Part shown: positions 52,027 through 64,000 of the stretch, one piece after another
Layout: every line of letters begins with the position of its first letter
Position numbering within the stretch: the stretch's first letter is position 1
From: Octopus sinensis
Taxonomy: Eukaryota
Reading direction: 5' to 3'
Assembly: GCF_006345805.1 (NCBI RefSeq)
Contig: NC_042998.1
Coordinates: forward strand, 178,002,001-178,066,000
DNA length: 64,000 nt
Program-made: the position numbers and the translations under genes
Notes under the pieces: generated by a model
What the model was told of the DNA's origin: nothing
Database searches by the model: none
Seen by the model: only the letters and a program-made list of their open reading frames with translations

Positions 52027-52459
52027 AACCTGGGAGACAATATACACGAGGCGTCTGTATCGATGCCTACGGAATATCTGTCTTAAAATTTTCAAGACTG
52101 ACGTATTCGCGCCAAACTTATCAGCAGTAAATATAAACTGCCGATTCAATCTCAGATTATTCAGAAAATTATCAATTAGTCAATTAGGGTAGCAAAAAAA
52201 TTCAATAGAAATTTATCGCTACCAGCGGCCTGGTAGAAATTTATCGCTACCAGGCCGCTGGTAGCGATAAATTTCTATTGAAATTTTTTGCTACCCTAAA
52301 TTGACTAATTGATAATTTTCTGAATAATTTGAGATTGAATCGGCAGTTTATATTTACTGCTGATAAGTTTGGCGCGAATACGTCAGTCTTGAAAATTTTA
52401 AGACAGATATTCCGTAGGATCGATACAGACGCCTCGTGTATATTTGTCTCTCCCAGGTT

Positions 52460-52556
52460 TTTTACTGATGAAGTGTAACCTATGGTAGATTAGCTTAATT
52501 TAATTTAATTAAGCTAATTAATCATTAATGACACAGAAACTCGTGCAACGTCTAAA
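52460..52556 (+). ncRNA. Type I hammerhead motif in the inverted unit
   Basis: TTTTA-CTGATGA-AGTGT..ACACA-GAAA-CTCGTGCAACG-TC-TAAA. The palindrome is slightly altered. Confidence 0.75.
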
Positions 52557-52684
52557 GATGAATTAGGGTAAATGTTTTAAATTTTCACCTAATTTCTAAT
52601 TACTACTACTTGGCGGTGTGAGTTATGTCTGCTGCTCTTTCTGGTGGATGAATGACCTGTTAGGGTCACTCCTAAATTGTTATA

Positions 52685-52736
<52 letters not shown>

Positions 52737-53004
52737 ATATATAATAATATATATATAATATAATTTTATATGTATGTATGTATGTATGTATAGTATGTAT
52801 GTATGTATGTGTGTGGTGTGTTGTGTGTGCTGCGTGCGTGTGTGTGTGTTGAATGATATCTTGTCAGTCGTTGCAATTCGGGAAGTATACGTTGATATCA
52901 TAGTCATATCATGGCATACATTGGTGCTTATTACAAAATGATGAACTGAAATACTAATTTCAAAACAGAAAAATATTTATTGCTTTGCAAAATGTATACA
53001 GAGC

Positions 53005-53220
53005 GGCAAGGTGGCAAAATAATTACCACTCCGGACTAATTGCTTAGCGGCATTTTGTCCGTCTTTGTGTTTGAGGTTCAAATGCCACCGTGGTCGACTT
53101 TGCCTTTCATCCTTTAAAATAAGTTCGATAAAATAAGTACGAGTCAAGCACTGGGATCGATGTAATCAACCTAATCCCTCCTCTGAAATTGCTGGCATTG
53201 AGCCTAAATTTGAAACCAAT
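53005..53220 (+). mobile_element. SINE family A, decayed
   Basis: GAGGTTCAAATGCCACCGTGGTCGACTTTGCCTTTCATCC. Confidence 0.7.
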
Positions 53221-53605
53221 ACAATATGCGTGGTTGTGTGTAGGTGTGTGAGTATATATCCATACAGTTATATGTATGTGAGTATATGTATACTTGTGTA
53301 TGCTTATATATTTATGCGTGTCTATATTTGTAGACACACACATTCACATTTCTGAATGCATTTGTATTTACGTTCACTTTATCCAATTTGAACATATTTC
53401 TTTTTTGTTTTTCCATGTTAGATGAAAACACACTTTTATTTGTGTTTATTCGTCTCTATAAAACTTCTCTTCGAACTATTTACTCTTCGAACTATTTAAA
53501 TACCTTTTCATTTGACGATTCTCAATTATCAAATCATTTTCATTGTTTTACAAATAACTTTTCAAGTATATGTTTTAATTTTTTGCATTGTAAGTTTATA
53601 TTAGA

Positions 53606-53999
53606 CTAGCAGTATCGCCCGGCGTTGCTCGGATTTGTAAGGGAATAACTATATAAGCATTTTTAGAGATGTAAGTTAATAAGCCATCTCAATATGGCTA
53701 ACCACAAAGGGGGGGTTTTACTGTAGCTTTTTACGTTCTGAGATTTAATAATAAATTTTAAGAGAGTTACTTCCCTTATATATGCCAAAAATTGCATTAA
53801 AATGGGAAAAATTGATGGTAAATTTTTTTTTTAATCGTAGACTCATCGTAGACGTGCGCTAATACCCAGAACAGCTCGATATGAATCACGACTATAAGAT
53901 ACCCGGTTTTGGTTAAACTGCACCGCAAAATGTGGGAGTAGTTAGGAATCTAAATCGTAGGAGACAGACAGCACACAACCTCACTTTTATATATAAAGA
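53606..53999 (-). mobile_element. Non-autonomous Helitron
   Basis: Minus strand: A|TCTTTATATATAAAAG 5' end. The 3' end is the hairpin CCGAGCAACGCCGGG followed by CTAG|T. No TSD. Confidence 0.8.
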
Positions 54000-54416
54000 T
54001 TATCTTTTCTACTTTCTCTTTCTCTTCTACCTATCACGTTTTACCTATGCTCTCTATTTTCTCACGACCTTTTACTACCGCTTTGTTCCATAACGTTTAT
54101 TTCTACTATATATTTTACACTTTAGTATACTGTTCTGAAATGTTGCGCTTCCATTTATCTCCCCTTTTCTCATTTTCTAACTACTTCGTCATTTATCCCC
54201 TTTTCTCCTCTCCTCTTTAGGATTCTTTCTGGCTCACTGCATAGTGTTCTTTATTCATTATTTGCCAACTCAAGCATGCGCAGTCATCCTGCACCTCTTA
54301 CGTCAATTCTCTCTACATCTCACTTTTACTTACTCTCTCTCCTTCTCTCTCTCTCTCTCTCTCACTCTTACACACACTGTGAAGAAAGGAGGCAACCAAT
54401 CAACATTTGTATCGGC

Positions 54417-54456
<40 letters not shown>

Positions 54457-55381
54457 ATATATATATATGTATATGTGTGTGTGTGTTTGCACGTGCGTGT
54501 GTGTAAAGAAAGTGAGAGAATTCGATGTGCATTCCTAATCCTCTTTCTTCATAACTTCCTGAAAATGCAAATTTTTTAATGAAATTTTGCTGAGAAAGGA
54601 TTTCGATTATGTAGATTAGAATCATGGTCATCAAATTTTAAAACTTTCTTTGCACAGACTGAGAACATTCTCCCGCTCACCGCTCAACCCAATTTTGTTT
54701 CCTCGTAACTCTCTTTAAAATAAATAACGATTAATTAAATTTTGTAGAAACTCATTTCCGTAGGTACAGATTACAATTACTTTGCGTAATTTTTTGAAAA
54801 AAATGCAACAGTTACACATCAGTTAGTGGTAACAAATTCGATGTCATGGAATAAGAATGATCTAAAACTCACTCTGTAAATGCAAAAAGAAAAATTTCTA
54901 AATATCTTCTCAGCATAATTGTAATGTATTCGCGCCAAAAATTATGTCTGAAAATTTTCAATTAAAAAGTATGCATTTCGTTATGACGAAACAAAGTCGG
55001 AAGTGGGAGAGAAGTATGATCGAAGACTTTTCCAAAAGATTCTTTTAGTCTTTTCAACACAGTTGTAACTTAGAGCTTGGAAACGAACGTTTGCAAGATA
55101 AATGAATACAAAAATAATAAATAAAGAAATAAAATATTTAAGCAGTTATACAAATTTTAAAAAGGTATGAGGTAATAAAACCGGTAGTAGAGAACAATAC
55201 TGTACAAACACACACTCACACACACACACACATACACACACACGTAATATTAAATTATTTTCATTCTTTTGACGAAAAAGTATATTTTTAAAAAACAACT
55301 GGCAATGTTTTGCTAATGATTGTCATAGAAAAACATTCAGTCAGAGAAAAACAGAAGTTATATCGATATGTGTGTTTGTGT

Positions 55382-55478
<97 letters not shown>

Positions 55479-55760
55479 GCATGAATTTTCTGATTTTTTT
55501 TCTACTATAATCATGTCTTTTTGAATATAAAAATTATTTCTCGCAGAATTTGCGACAAAAGTTTGCAGTTTCATTTTGATCAAAATGCCTGCAACTCCAG
55601 CCATTACAAAAACTCTTACTACAACACTGTAATGATAATTTTTTCAAATTTCCTTCATCTATATTTAACGTCCCCGACTGCTATACGCATGCTTCCTTTC
55701 CATTTATCCTTTCAGCTTCCCCCTACTACGGTGACTTTGAGCAAGAAGCACATTTTGTAC

Positions 55761-55892
55761 GTTATTTACATTTGACGGATATTTGTCCACGGGCATATGG
55801 CGTAGTGGTTAAGAGCGCGGGCTGCTAACCCCAAGATTCCGAATTCGATAATAATAATAATAATGATAATAATAATAATAATAATAATAATA

Positions 55893-55927
<35 letters not shown>

Positions 55928-56101
55928 TTAAAAAATACCTTAGGAATGAGAACCCAGGTTCGAAATTTCCCCAAGATACCTGATAAAGGCTGGAGGGTAT
56001 ATCAGCCGAAATGTTGTGTTAACAACAAACAAGATGAGGACAAATATCCGTCAAATCTAAATAATGTAAATAATGTACATAATTCCCCATCTCTTAAATA
56101 T
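55761..56101 (+). mobile_element. tRNA-head/(AAT)n/hammerhead element, compact copy with TSD
   Basis: Inverted tail fragment at 55761-55788. A-box TGGCGTAGTGG at 55798, B-box-like GAATTCGAT at 55841, (AAT)n, and a hammerhead at 55975-56020 (core CTGATAA, mutated). Flanking duplication (AGAA)GCACATTTTGT at 55744-55758 and 56102-56116. Confidence 0.8.
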
Positions 56102-57210
56102 AGAAGCACATTTTGTCTTATCTTATATGTGAAATGTGTGTGTGTGTGTGTACTTGCAGGCGTGCGGGCGTGGTTTCCTATCGAGAAAATGTCTGCTTTT
56201 TACATTTTGAGGCTGATAATGCAATGCATTGTTGTAACATTCTTATAAATCATTTCAGATAAGAAACCAAAACACCGCAAAAGAAAGTAGAACATTTCAG
56301 TAATAGCTCTCTAAGTTCTAGACAACCTAATTGGTTACTAGTGTTCATGGATTTAAGTGTTACAAAGGGCAACACACAACGGATAGTTTAGTTTACACAG
56401 AATTTCTAAATCTGAAGTCAATAACTTTGTCCTTTTGTCTCCTGTATTTCCAGTTTTTTTCAACAATAAATCACAAGTATGAAATATGTTCGATATATTT
56501 GTTTATAAGAAATGGAACGAACATTATTAAATTCAACACAGTATCGAACTAGATGTTGAAAGTTTATATATTTTATTCAAACAATAGAAATTTGTCCCCT
56601 GCCTATTCCTCGACTGTTATGGAGAAAAAAAGTGGGTAATCAGTCGAATATAAAAAAAGCAACATTAAAACAGTGAAATTTGAAAAAAGAATTCAGTAAA
56701 GGTGAAAGAAATGGAGATTTGTAGCTGCTTCAATGCATTATTGTCGAAATTGCCATTAAAGTATAATTATCTGCCTTCCTTCCTGTGTCCGTATTGAAAA
56801 ACTGAATCAGCACGAAGGAGCAAATAATGGAATAAATATACCATGAAAATGTCATACTGACATGATATGCCGTGGAGTAGTGAATGAGAAAAGAAATCAA
56901 AATTGAGATACTTAGGTGTTTGTAAAGGTTACACAAAGAGGGAATAATACTAAATTTCTTAGAAATCATGCTCCGATAATAATGCTCAGGGAAATAAAAC
57001 TCGGTTTAAAACGTTTGAAGAAGAAAATAATCCATAGGTTCGATTACTTAAGAGTCAGAGAGTACAAATACACATGTTACGTAAAAATTAGAACAATCAA
57101 TTCAACAGGATTGAATGTTGCATGACGAAATAACTTATGTGAAACTTAGAAAAGTTGACCATGGAAAAAGGGCTAAATATAAATTAAAGACTGATATATA
57201 TATATATAAT

Positions 57211-57258
<48 letters not shown>

Positions 57259-57556
57259 TATATTCATGTAAGAGACCAAAGTGTACGTACGCTTTGTATT
57301 TGTGTACCATTTTTTCGGTTTCCCGTCCTTGTTTTCGTATACATTCACTGTTTTCTTTCCAAGGAATTTAGTGCTCTTAGCTTAGGTTTTCTTTGGGGCT
57401 GGCCAGATTGGAGCAACCTCGAGTATAACTGTAACTAGAGTATAATCTGGAATTAGACTGAGGAAAAAACGCCGAATGACTCGTCCTTACTTTTTCTCGT
57501 ACCTTTTTTTGTATCATCTGTCTGGATGTTCTGCGTTCTTGTCCGATTTTTTGTAG

Positions 57557-57605
<49 letters not shown>

Positions 57606-57644
57606 TATATATATATATATATATATATATATCTATATATATAT

Positions 57645-58900
57645 ATTAGGGAGTATAACTCCAAACTTACAGGGATAAATTCAATTTAGTATTAAATCAA
57701 ATTTGACAATATAAATATATAATATATATAAATTATAGAAAAACTACTATTATGTAATTCAAATAATGATAGACATAAACCATATCATATAGATAAAATA
57801 AAATATATTATAAAACATAACTACATCACAAAAAGTACAAAAAATGAATAAACAATATATAATAAGTAAAAAGACCACGTACGTTTCGTGGCTATAACTT
57901 CAATTCGAATTACAATTAAATTTAAATTTAATTGAAAAACAATTCAATTTAAAAGTATAGTCACTCCTCAGGTCAAGAATAATATCAATAATAGTTAAAT
58001 AAATAATCAAATAGAATTAAACAATATTTCTTAAAGAAATAAAAACATGATTCTTCTTATAGAAGAAACTCCGTTAACTAAATTTGAAACTTAAAAAGTA
58101 GGACCAGGTGTCTATGATACATTTATCATGTTAAAAACCTAAGATAAAAAAATAGAGTAAATAGATAGAAAAATGTATTTTATCTGAGAATAACATTAAC
58201 AAACTATAGTATATCTTTACTGGAAAAATATAAGAGTCTAATTACTTAAAGTAAAAATACTTAAAATAAATCATATACTTAAGTTAAGCTAAATTACTAT
58301 AATTTCATCTTTATTTATTGATTAAATAAGTTATATATTAATTTATTAATAAAATAAACATCTAATTTGATCAGAAACTAACTATGTACTAAACTCTACA
58401 CAAAACATGTATAGACTTATAATATATCTAATATCAACAACGTTGCAGCCACAACCCCGCAATAATATTTTGTATGTATTTCAACAATATATTCACAAAT
58501 AATTTAAACTTATTATATAAGTAAATTAATTTATGTCTAAAACTAAAATTTCACTCTTCAATAAAATAAACAAAGTATATTATTAAATTCAATAGTATAT
58601 AAAGAAAAAATTAAAAAAACTTTTACTACCTATGCTATAATATTTTATGTTATAAACTATTTCATAAAACAACTACAAATAATACTTTTAACTTTTAGTT
58701 CATATATAATTATATATAATTAAATATAATATATTATTTAATTATTCGAATGAAGAAAAATATATTGATTGAATTAATACACAATAAAAGCGACTAAAAA
58801 TTTAAGGTAATTAAACTAAAATAATATAAATATATAAAAAGATAGAGCAAAGCGGTAACCAGAAAAGAGTCCATTCAAATCCATTCTACGATCGTTTCAA
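57645..58900 (-). mobile_element. Very AT-rich PLE-type repeat with a hammerhead motif (57873-57974)
   Basis: GAC-CTGAGGA-GTGACTATA..TATAGCCAC-GAAA-CGTACG-TG-GTC. The cleavage triplet is GUG, so it is probably inactive. Element limits are approximate. Confidence 0.55.
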
Positions 58901-58924
58901 AAGACGTTGCTTCACTTCGTGAAT

Positions 58925-59011
58925 GTAAAATCTATTAAGGAAATCCAATGGCAATGAGCTTTTCTCCCGAAGAAAATGTCATTGCCATTGGATTTCCGTA
59001 ATGGATTTTAC
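58925..59011. repeat. 33-bp inverted repeat
   Basis: GTAAAATCTATTAAGGAAATCCAATGGCAATGA pairs with TCATTGCCATTGGATTTCCGTAATGGATTTTAC. Confidence 0.8.
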
Positions 59012-59506
59012 GCACATACATGTGTCTGTATATGTATGCAACTATGTACATGCATCCGTGTATTTTGATGTATATATGTATATTATAGATGGTCTAGTAT
59101 ATATGGGTATATACTGTTGTAAAATAATTATGTAATGCAGCGTGAAAATGTTAATTTTAGTGTATTAATTGACTTATATTTCGTATATAATTATTTACAA
59201 TATTTATTTTGAATCTACTCTTCAATTTAAAGTTTTCTTCGATTTTACAATAGGATGAATTTATATTGAATTTATTTATTTTGTTCATTGCATGTTTAAG
59301 AGCTTTAATTGAAAGGACCAATGAAACAAATCCATTTTTAAAGGTGTATCCTTTAACTAGTTTTTGATTATATCGTTATTTCTGTTCCATTTTAACAAAA
59401 CTGTCCGACGAAAGGGAACGTGAAACTCTGAGTAACAGCATATTACTCTACCTCTGGTATTTGAGTACTCTTTTTTCCACCTTGTTTCACATTTATGTGC
59501 TTACCC

Positions 59507-59574
<68 letters not shown>

Positions 59575-59587
<13 letters not shown>

Positions 59588-59953
59588 CCGTTCTGTCTGT
59601 CTGTGTGTGTCTTCTAAGATCTCAGGCATCTTCCATCCGATTGCGCTCAAATTTGATATGTAGATACCGACGGTATCAGGGCGTGCATAAATCTTGAAAT
59701 AATTGCAAAAATCGATTCCAGGTGAGAATGCGATCGATAAAGCCGTGGGAACGGGCATTTGTAAAATCATTTTTCTTGGAATAGAAAAAAAGTCTATCTT
59801 TATTTCTTCTTTTGCTGGTGTCTCAAATTTAGATTAAATCACTGTTTCTCAAAGGGAAGGCCTATGGGACGGACGGACAAGTTGTTTTGGGAAAATTTGG
59901 TTTAAATGTTTGACAACTCACCACCGTTCATTGGACAGGGGGGCGTTTTGCTC

Positions 59954-59955
<2 letters not shown>
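59575..59955 (+). mobile_element. Non-autonomous Helitron-like element, copy B
   Basis: (TA)n-AAAATCCGTTCTGTCTGTCTG..GC-rich hairpin..CTCG|T. Homologous to 39772-40350. Confidence 0.55.
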
Positions 59956-60035
<80 letters not shown>

Positions 60036-60049
60036 CATACATGCAACAT

Positions 60050-60124
<75 letters not shown>

Positions 60125-60129
<5 letters not shown>

Positions 60130-60545
60130 CGCAGACCTGGCTGTGTTGTTAAGAACCTCGTTTTGTAACCATGTTGTTTCAGTTCCTGTCCCACTGCGCA
60201 TCATCCCTAGGTAAGTACTTGTTCTATAACCCCAAGCCGACAGAAGCCTTGTCAGTGAATTTAGTACTCGGAAAATGTGTGGAAGCTCGTTGTATAAACA
60301 CTCACACAAGCACACATACACGTGTGTGTGTGTGTGGGGGTGTCTATCTGTTTGTCCGCCCCATCGCATGATAACTGATGTTAGTTTGTTTGCATGTCTG
60401 TACTTTAGTGGTTCGGCAAAAGCGCTCGATAGAATAAGTATCAGATTTACAAAAATTAGAATTTGGACAGACTTGTCCAATTAAACCCTCCAGAGAGCTG
60501 CTCTTATATGACTGCAGTCCAATGACTGAAACAAGTTAAAGATAC
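60125..60545 (+). mobile_element. SINE family B-related, decayed
   Basis: GCGCAGACCTGGCTGTGTTGTTAAG head and ATGACTGAAACAAGTTAAAG tail. Confidence 0.65.
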
Positions 60546-61289
60546 AAGAAAAATAAAAATGAATAGGAGAAAAGATAATAAAACCCAGGTCAGAAAGGCA
60601 CAACGTTGCAGTAGCACGATATTCATTTTATGTATTGCATTGACGATAAAACAAACTACTTATGGAAATTAAATAGAACATTCTAGTAGAGAGAAAAATT
60701 CACTTGATTAAAAAAAAGACTACAGAATTATTCAATACAAAAACAAAACAAAATAAGAAACGTTAATATGTTAACTGTCACTTTTGTTCATTAACGATTT
60801 CACATTTTTTTAATTTCTTTACTTAGATATTCTTCATGGTTGACATGCTAGTTGTTGACACAAGCATCCTTATACGAGTACTAGAGAATCTCATACAAGC
60901 ATTCTTGAAAGTGTCAGAATGTTAGCTCTCTCAAATGTTAGCTCTCTGCCTTATAGGCAATCCTTTATTCGCCAGCTACTTACATATCAGTAGACTGCTT
61001 ACACTTTCTTTATCCCCATCGGTTCCTACAACATGATCTCCTTAGAACTTACTATATATCATTACACTTCCTGTGTCCTTTATACGTCTATCTCTCTTCA
61101 ATCAACCATACTTTCCTTAACTTTTCTCCTCTAAATCCATTATTTTCTTGGTGGGGCATGTAAAATTCAAGAATCCAATCTGAAATTTATTGGAATAAAC
61201 GTCATCAAGCGGTCCTTAAGTATCGGTTTTGTAGCTACGAATAAGGCTATCAGTACCGGGTTGATCAAATAAAAAAGACTTATATATGA

Positions 61290-61506
61290 CTCCTTCAAAT
61301 TTTAACACAAAGCCAAAAGTTTTAGGGAGACGAGTTAGTCGATTTAATCGACCTCAGTACTTGACTGGTACTTTATTTTATCGACTCTGAATGAATGAAA
61401 GCAAAGTTAACCTCGATGGGTTTGGAACTGAGAACGTAAACAACCATTAGAAACGTCACTAAGCATTTTGTCTGAGGTGCTAACGATTCTGCCAATTCCT
61501 CGCCTT
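61290..61506 (-). mobile_element. SINE family A, decayed (another fragment at ~61920-62060)
   Basis: TAACGATTCTGCCAATTCCTCGCCTT is the reverse complement of the family A head. Confidence 0.7.
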
Positions 61507-62232
61507 GACACGAATAAATAAATGATACAATAACAGGTGCATAACATTTGACTGCAGAGTCTCGGAAACAAATCATTTACAAATCTTAATCGGTATTTTC
61601 AGAGAAATAAAATCGCTCTAAACCAATAGAAATGTCAGCAAATGATTGCCTTCTGCATACATAAATGATTAATGAATAGCTTCATTTACATATCTAAGCA
61701 ACATTGTCTCTGATGACAACAGAATTGTAAAGACAGGTAATTTAATGCAATAATTACTGCCTCCGTTGTCTTCAGTTAATTGCAGAGCAGTGTGTGACAG
61801 CGTTCTGGAATAGAAAAAAAAGGAAGCACATAAATTACGCTATATATAGAACTATGACTTTGATCTGCGTAGTCTGTACAAGTATATCGATGCATATTTG
61901 ATTGTATAATTTATATTCGCTTCAAATTTTGGCACCGGGCATTGACCCCAGTGCTCAACAGGCACTTAATTTATCGACCCCGAAAGTATGAAAGGCAAAG
62001 TCGACCCCGGGGTAATTTGAACCTAGAAGACGGACAGCATGCCATAAATATTTTGTCTGGCCTATATGTCTATTAATATGTCAATTAAAGCACATACACC
62101 GTTTGAGCTACATGATGCCATCCACAGTAACGATATAATTTTCACTGGGTCTACGTCAGGAAATCCGCAATGTTTGTTGAGTTTATAATTGATAAAGGAA
62201 GCGAAAGATGGATTTAGTACGAATCTTTATTC

Positions 62233-62339
62233 AGCACAACGATCGTTTCGACCCATCCTGCATCTGTCTCATAGAGGTAGGATATTGTGCATCTAGTTGT
62301 GTTGCATCAATCAGTGCAGGCTGTGTCACTTCAGGTACT
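62233..62339 (-). ncRNA. Type I hammerhead motif in the inverted 5' segment of the PLE
   Basis: AGTAC-CTGAAGT-GAC..CCTGCA..TGCAGG..GTC-GAAA-CGATCG-TT-GTGCT. A9 is changed to U. Palindrome AACGATCGTT. Confidence 0.65.
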
Positions 62340-62403
62340 TGGTGTAGAAAATGATATTCCAATCGATAAACTGAGTTCTCCTTGGCATGTTGTTCTGGCT
62401 AGC

Positions 62404-64000
62404 TGTACACTGACAGAGGGTAGGATAAGCTTGGGGTTGTAACCGGCGAATGCGTTATAACCCCAAACTTATCCTACTCTCTGTCAGTGTACCTTTGTAC
62501 AACTAACAAGAACAACATGCCAAGGAGAACTCATAAACAAAATAAAATAAAATTCCATAAGTCTTTTAACACTTTCCAACAGAAACTGAAAAAAGATATA
62601 AATTACATAAAAAGTTCCAAAAAAATGGCACTGTTTTACGATAAAACCAAGAACTTGTACCTAGTAGAAAACAGCACATATTCACGACTTCTACACAACA
62701 GCATCATCAATAATTACACCAAGGCCACAAACCTATAACGAAATTAATAAAGAAGCTAGCATTATCGCCGCCAGACTTAAATTAGATAAAAAAATAGAGG
62801 TCCTTCCCCCAAAAGAAGCCTTTATAACTATCAAAAACCATAAAAAGAACTTCCTATCTAATCCTAAATGTAGGCTTACTAACAAAGCTAAATCAGAACT
62901 TGGCATTAGTAGTAAAGAAATTTAAGGAAAAATCAATGCGAAAATCAGGACTGCCACTAGGTTAGTACAATGCTCCAATAGTATAGAAGTCGTTGACTGG
63001 TTTAAAGCCATTAAGAATAAGAATAAAGCTAGATTCACGCAATTCGATATTATCGATTTTTATGCCTCTATCTCTAAGGAACTGCTAGATAAAGCCCCCA
63101 CCTTCGCAAGCGAATTCATAGAAATCAGTACACAGGATAAGGACATAATCTTAACGCAGAGTGGGTCAAGACTACCGATACAGAGGGTACTTTCGATGTG
63201 AGCATGGGGTCATATGATGGAGCAAGCAAGCATATGCGATCTTATTGGGCTATTCCTACTCGACACGTTGGGCAAAACCTTTCCTGGCGTATACTTCGCC
63301 ATTTACAAAGATGATGCCCTCGCCTTAACTGCAAATACCAATGGAACAGTACAGGATCGGTTTAGGAAGGACATTATACATTTGGTGGAAACCTTCGGAC
63401 TTAGCATAACTACAGACACCAACCTGACGGTTGTCAATTTCCTAGATGTGTCCTTAGATCTAAATATAAACATTTATAAGCCTTATAGGAAGCCCAACCA
63501 TAGACTTAGTTATATTAATGTGTGTTCCTGCCATCCCCACATAGTGTTTAAAAATTTAGTTAAAAACATTAGCAAAAGAATCTCTAGCCTCTCCTCCGAT
63601 AGGGACACTTTTAATAGCGTTGCCCTAGTATATAATAAAGCTCTAAAAGATAGTGGATTTAGCGAGGAAATAACCTATACACCTGCCACCAGTCCAATAA
63701 TAAAGAAGAGGTTCACACCCCCTTCTCACCCGAAGTGACCTTCAATATAGGCAAGTATTTCTTAGCACTAATGGATATACATTTTCCAGTCAACCATTCT
63801 TACAGAAAGCTGTTCAATAGACATAACTTAAAAATCCGTTTCAGCTCAACTACTAATTTTATAAATATAATTGCGCACAACACACAAAAACCACAATACG
63901 AAACCAGCTGTTCATGCAGAGATAAAAATTTGTGCCCGCTAAATGGAGCTTGCATGTCCGAGACCATCATTTATGAAACCACCGTGGACTCTAATCCACT
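62404..64000 (+). mobile_element. Penelope-like element (Nematis-like RT), 5'-inverted junction, runs off the window
   Basis: ~39-bp hairpin at 62404-62491. EAFITIKNHKKNF, FTQFDIIDFYASIS, FDVSMGSYDG, YKDDAL, VNFLDVSLDL, YINVCSCHP. Frameshifts are present. Confidence 0.85.

Larger units (their letters stand above)
51242..52680. repeat. ~468-470-bp hammerhead-containing repeat: two tandem units plus a partial unit, then a fold-back inverted unit
   Basis: Units start with AGTCAATTTAGGGTAGC at 51242, 51710 and ~52178. The inversion centre is at 52234-52250. Confidence 0.92.

Noticed and set aside
55791-55850. tRNA-like heads (also ~20377-20455 and ~43930-44003) as true tRNA genes
   Set aside because: The acceptor stem and cloverleaf are incomplete, and the heads are fused to repeat bodies, so they are SINE heads.
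56249-56280. TTTCAG|ATAAGAAACC.. as a terminal exon (DKKPKHRKRK-stop)
   Set aside because: Too short to distinguish from chance, and no upstream exons can be supported.
62487-64000. RT fragments as telomerase or as an intact active element
   Set aside because: The motifs match PLE RT rather than TERT, and stops and frameshifts interrupt the frame.

Overview
AT-rich animal genomic DNA, most likely from an octopod cephalopod (Octopus). This is an inference from the tRNA-derived SINE families and the very dense (CA)n/(TA)n/(AAT)n/(GA)n microsatellites. No host protein-coding gene can be supported, and most of the listed ORFs are microsatellite artefacts. The window is a mosaic of decayed transposons: several Penelope-like retroelements (PLEs; RT and GIY-YIG fragments), two R4/Dong-type RLE non-LTR copies inserted in a (TAA)n tract, CR1-like 3' ends, two ORF1-only gag-knuckle elements, a Chapaev3 transposon nested in a PLE, mariner and DD37D (maT) fragments, non-autonomous Helitrons and many SINEs. 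The most striking hidden layer is RNA structure: about 17 minimal type I hammerhead-ribozyme motifs from roughly ten unrelated sequence families, most with a short palindrome in place of helix III. They include a ~470-bp tandem-plus-inverted hammerhead repeat (retrozyme-like, 51242-52680), a compensated G3:C8 core variant (40739-40786), and a chimeric tRNA-head/(AAT)n/hammerhead element (55761-56101, 20228-24450). There is one 100-N assembly gap (45921-46020), and several palindromes may be long-read artefacts. All coordinates and pairings were read by eye.
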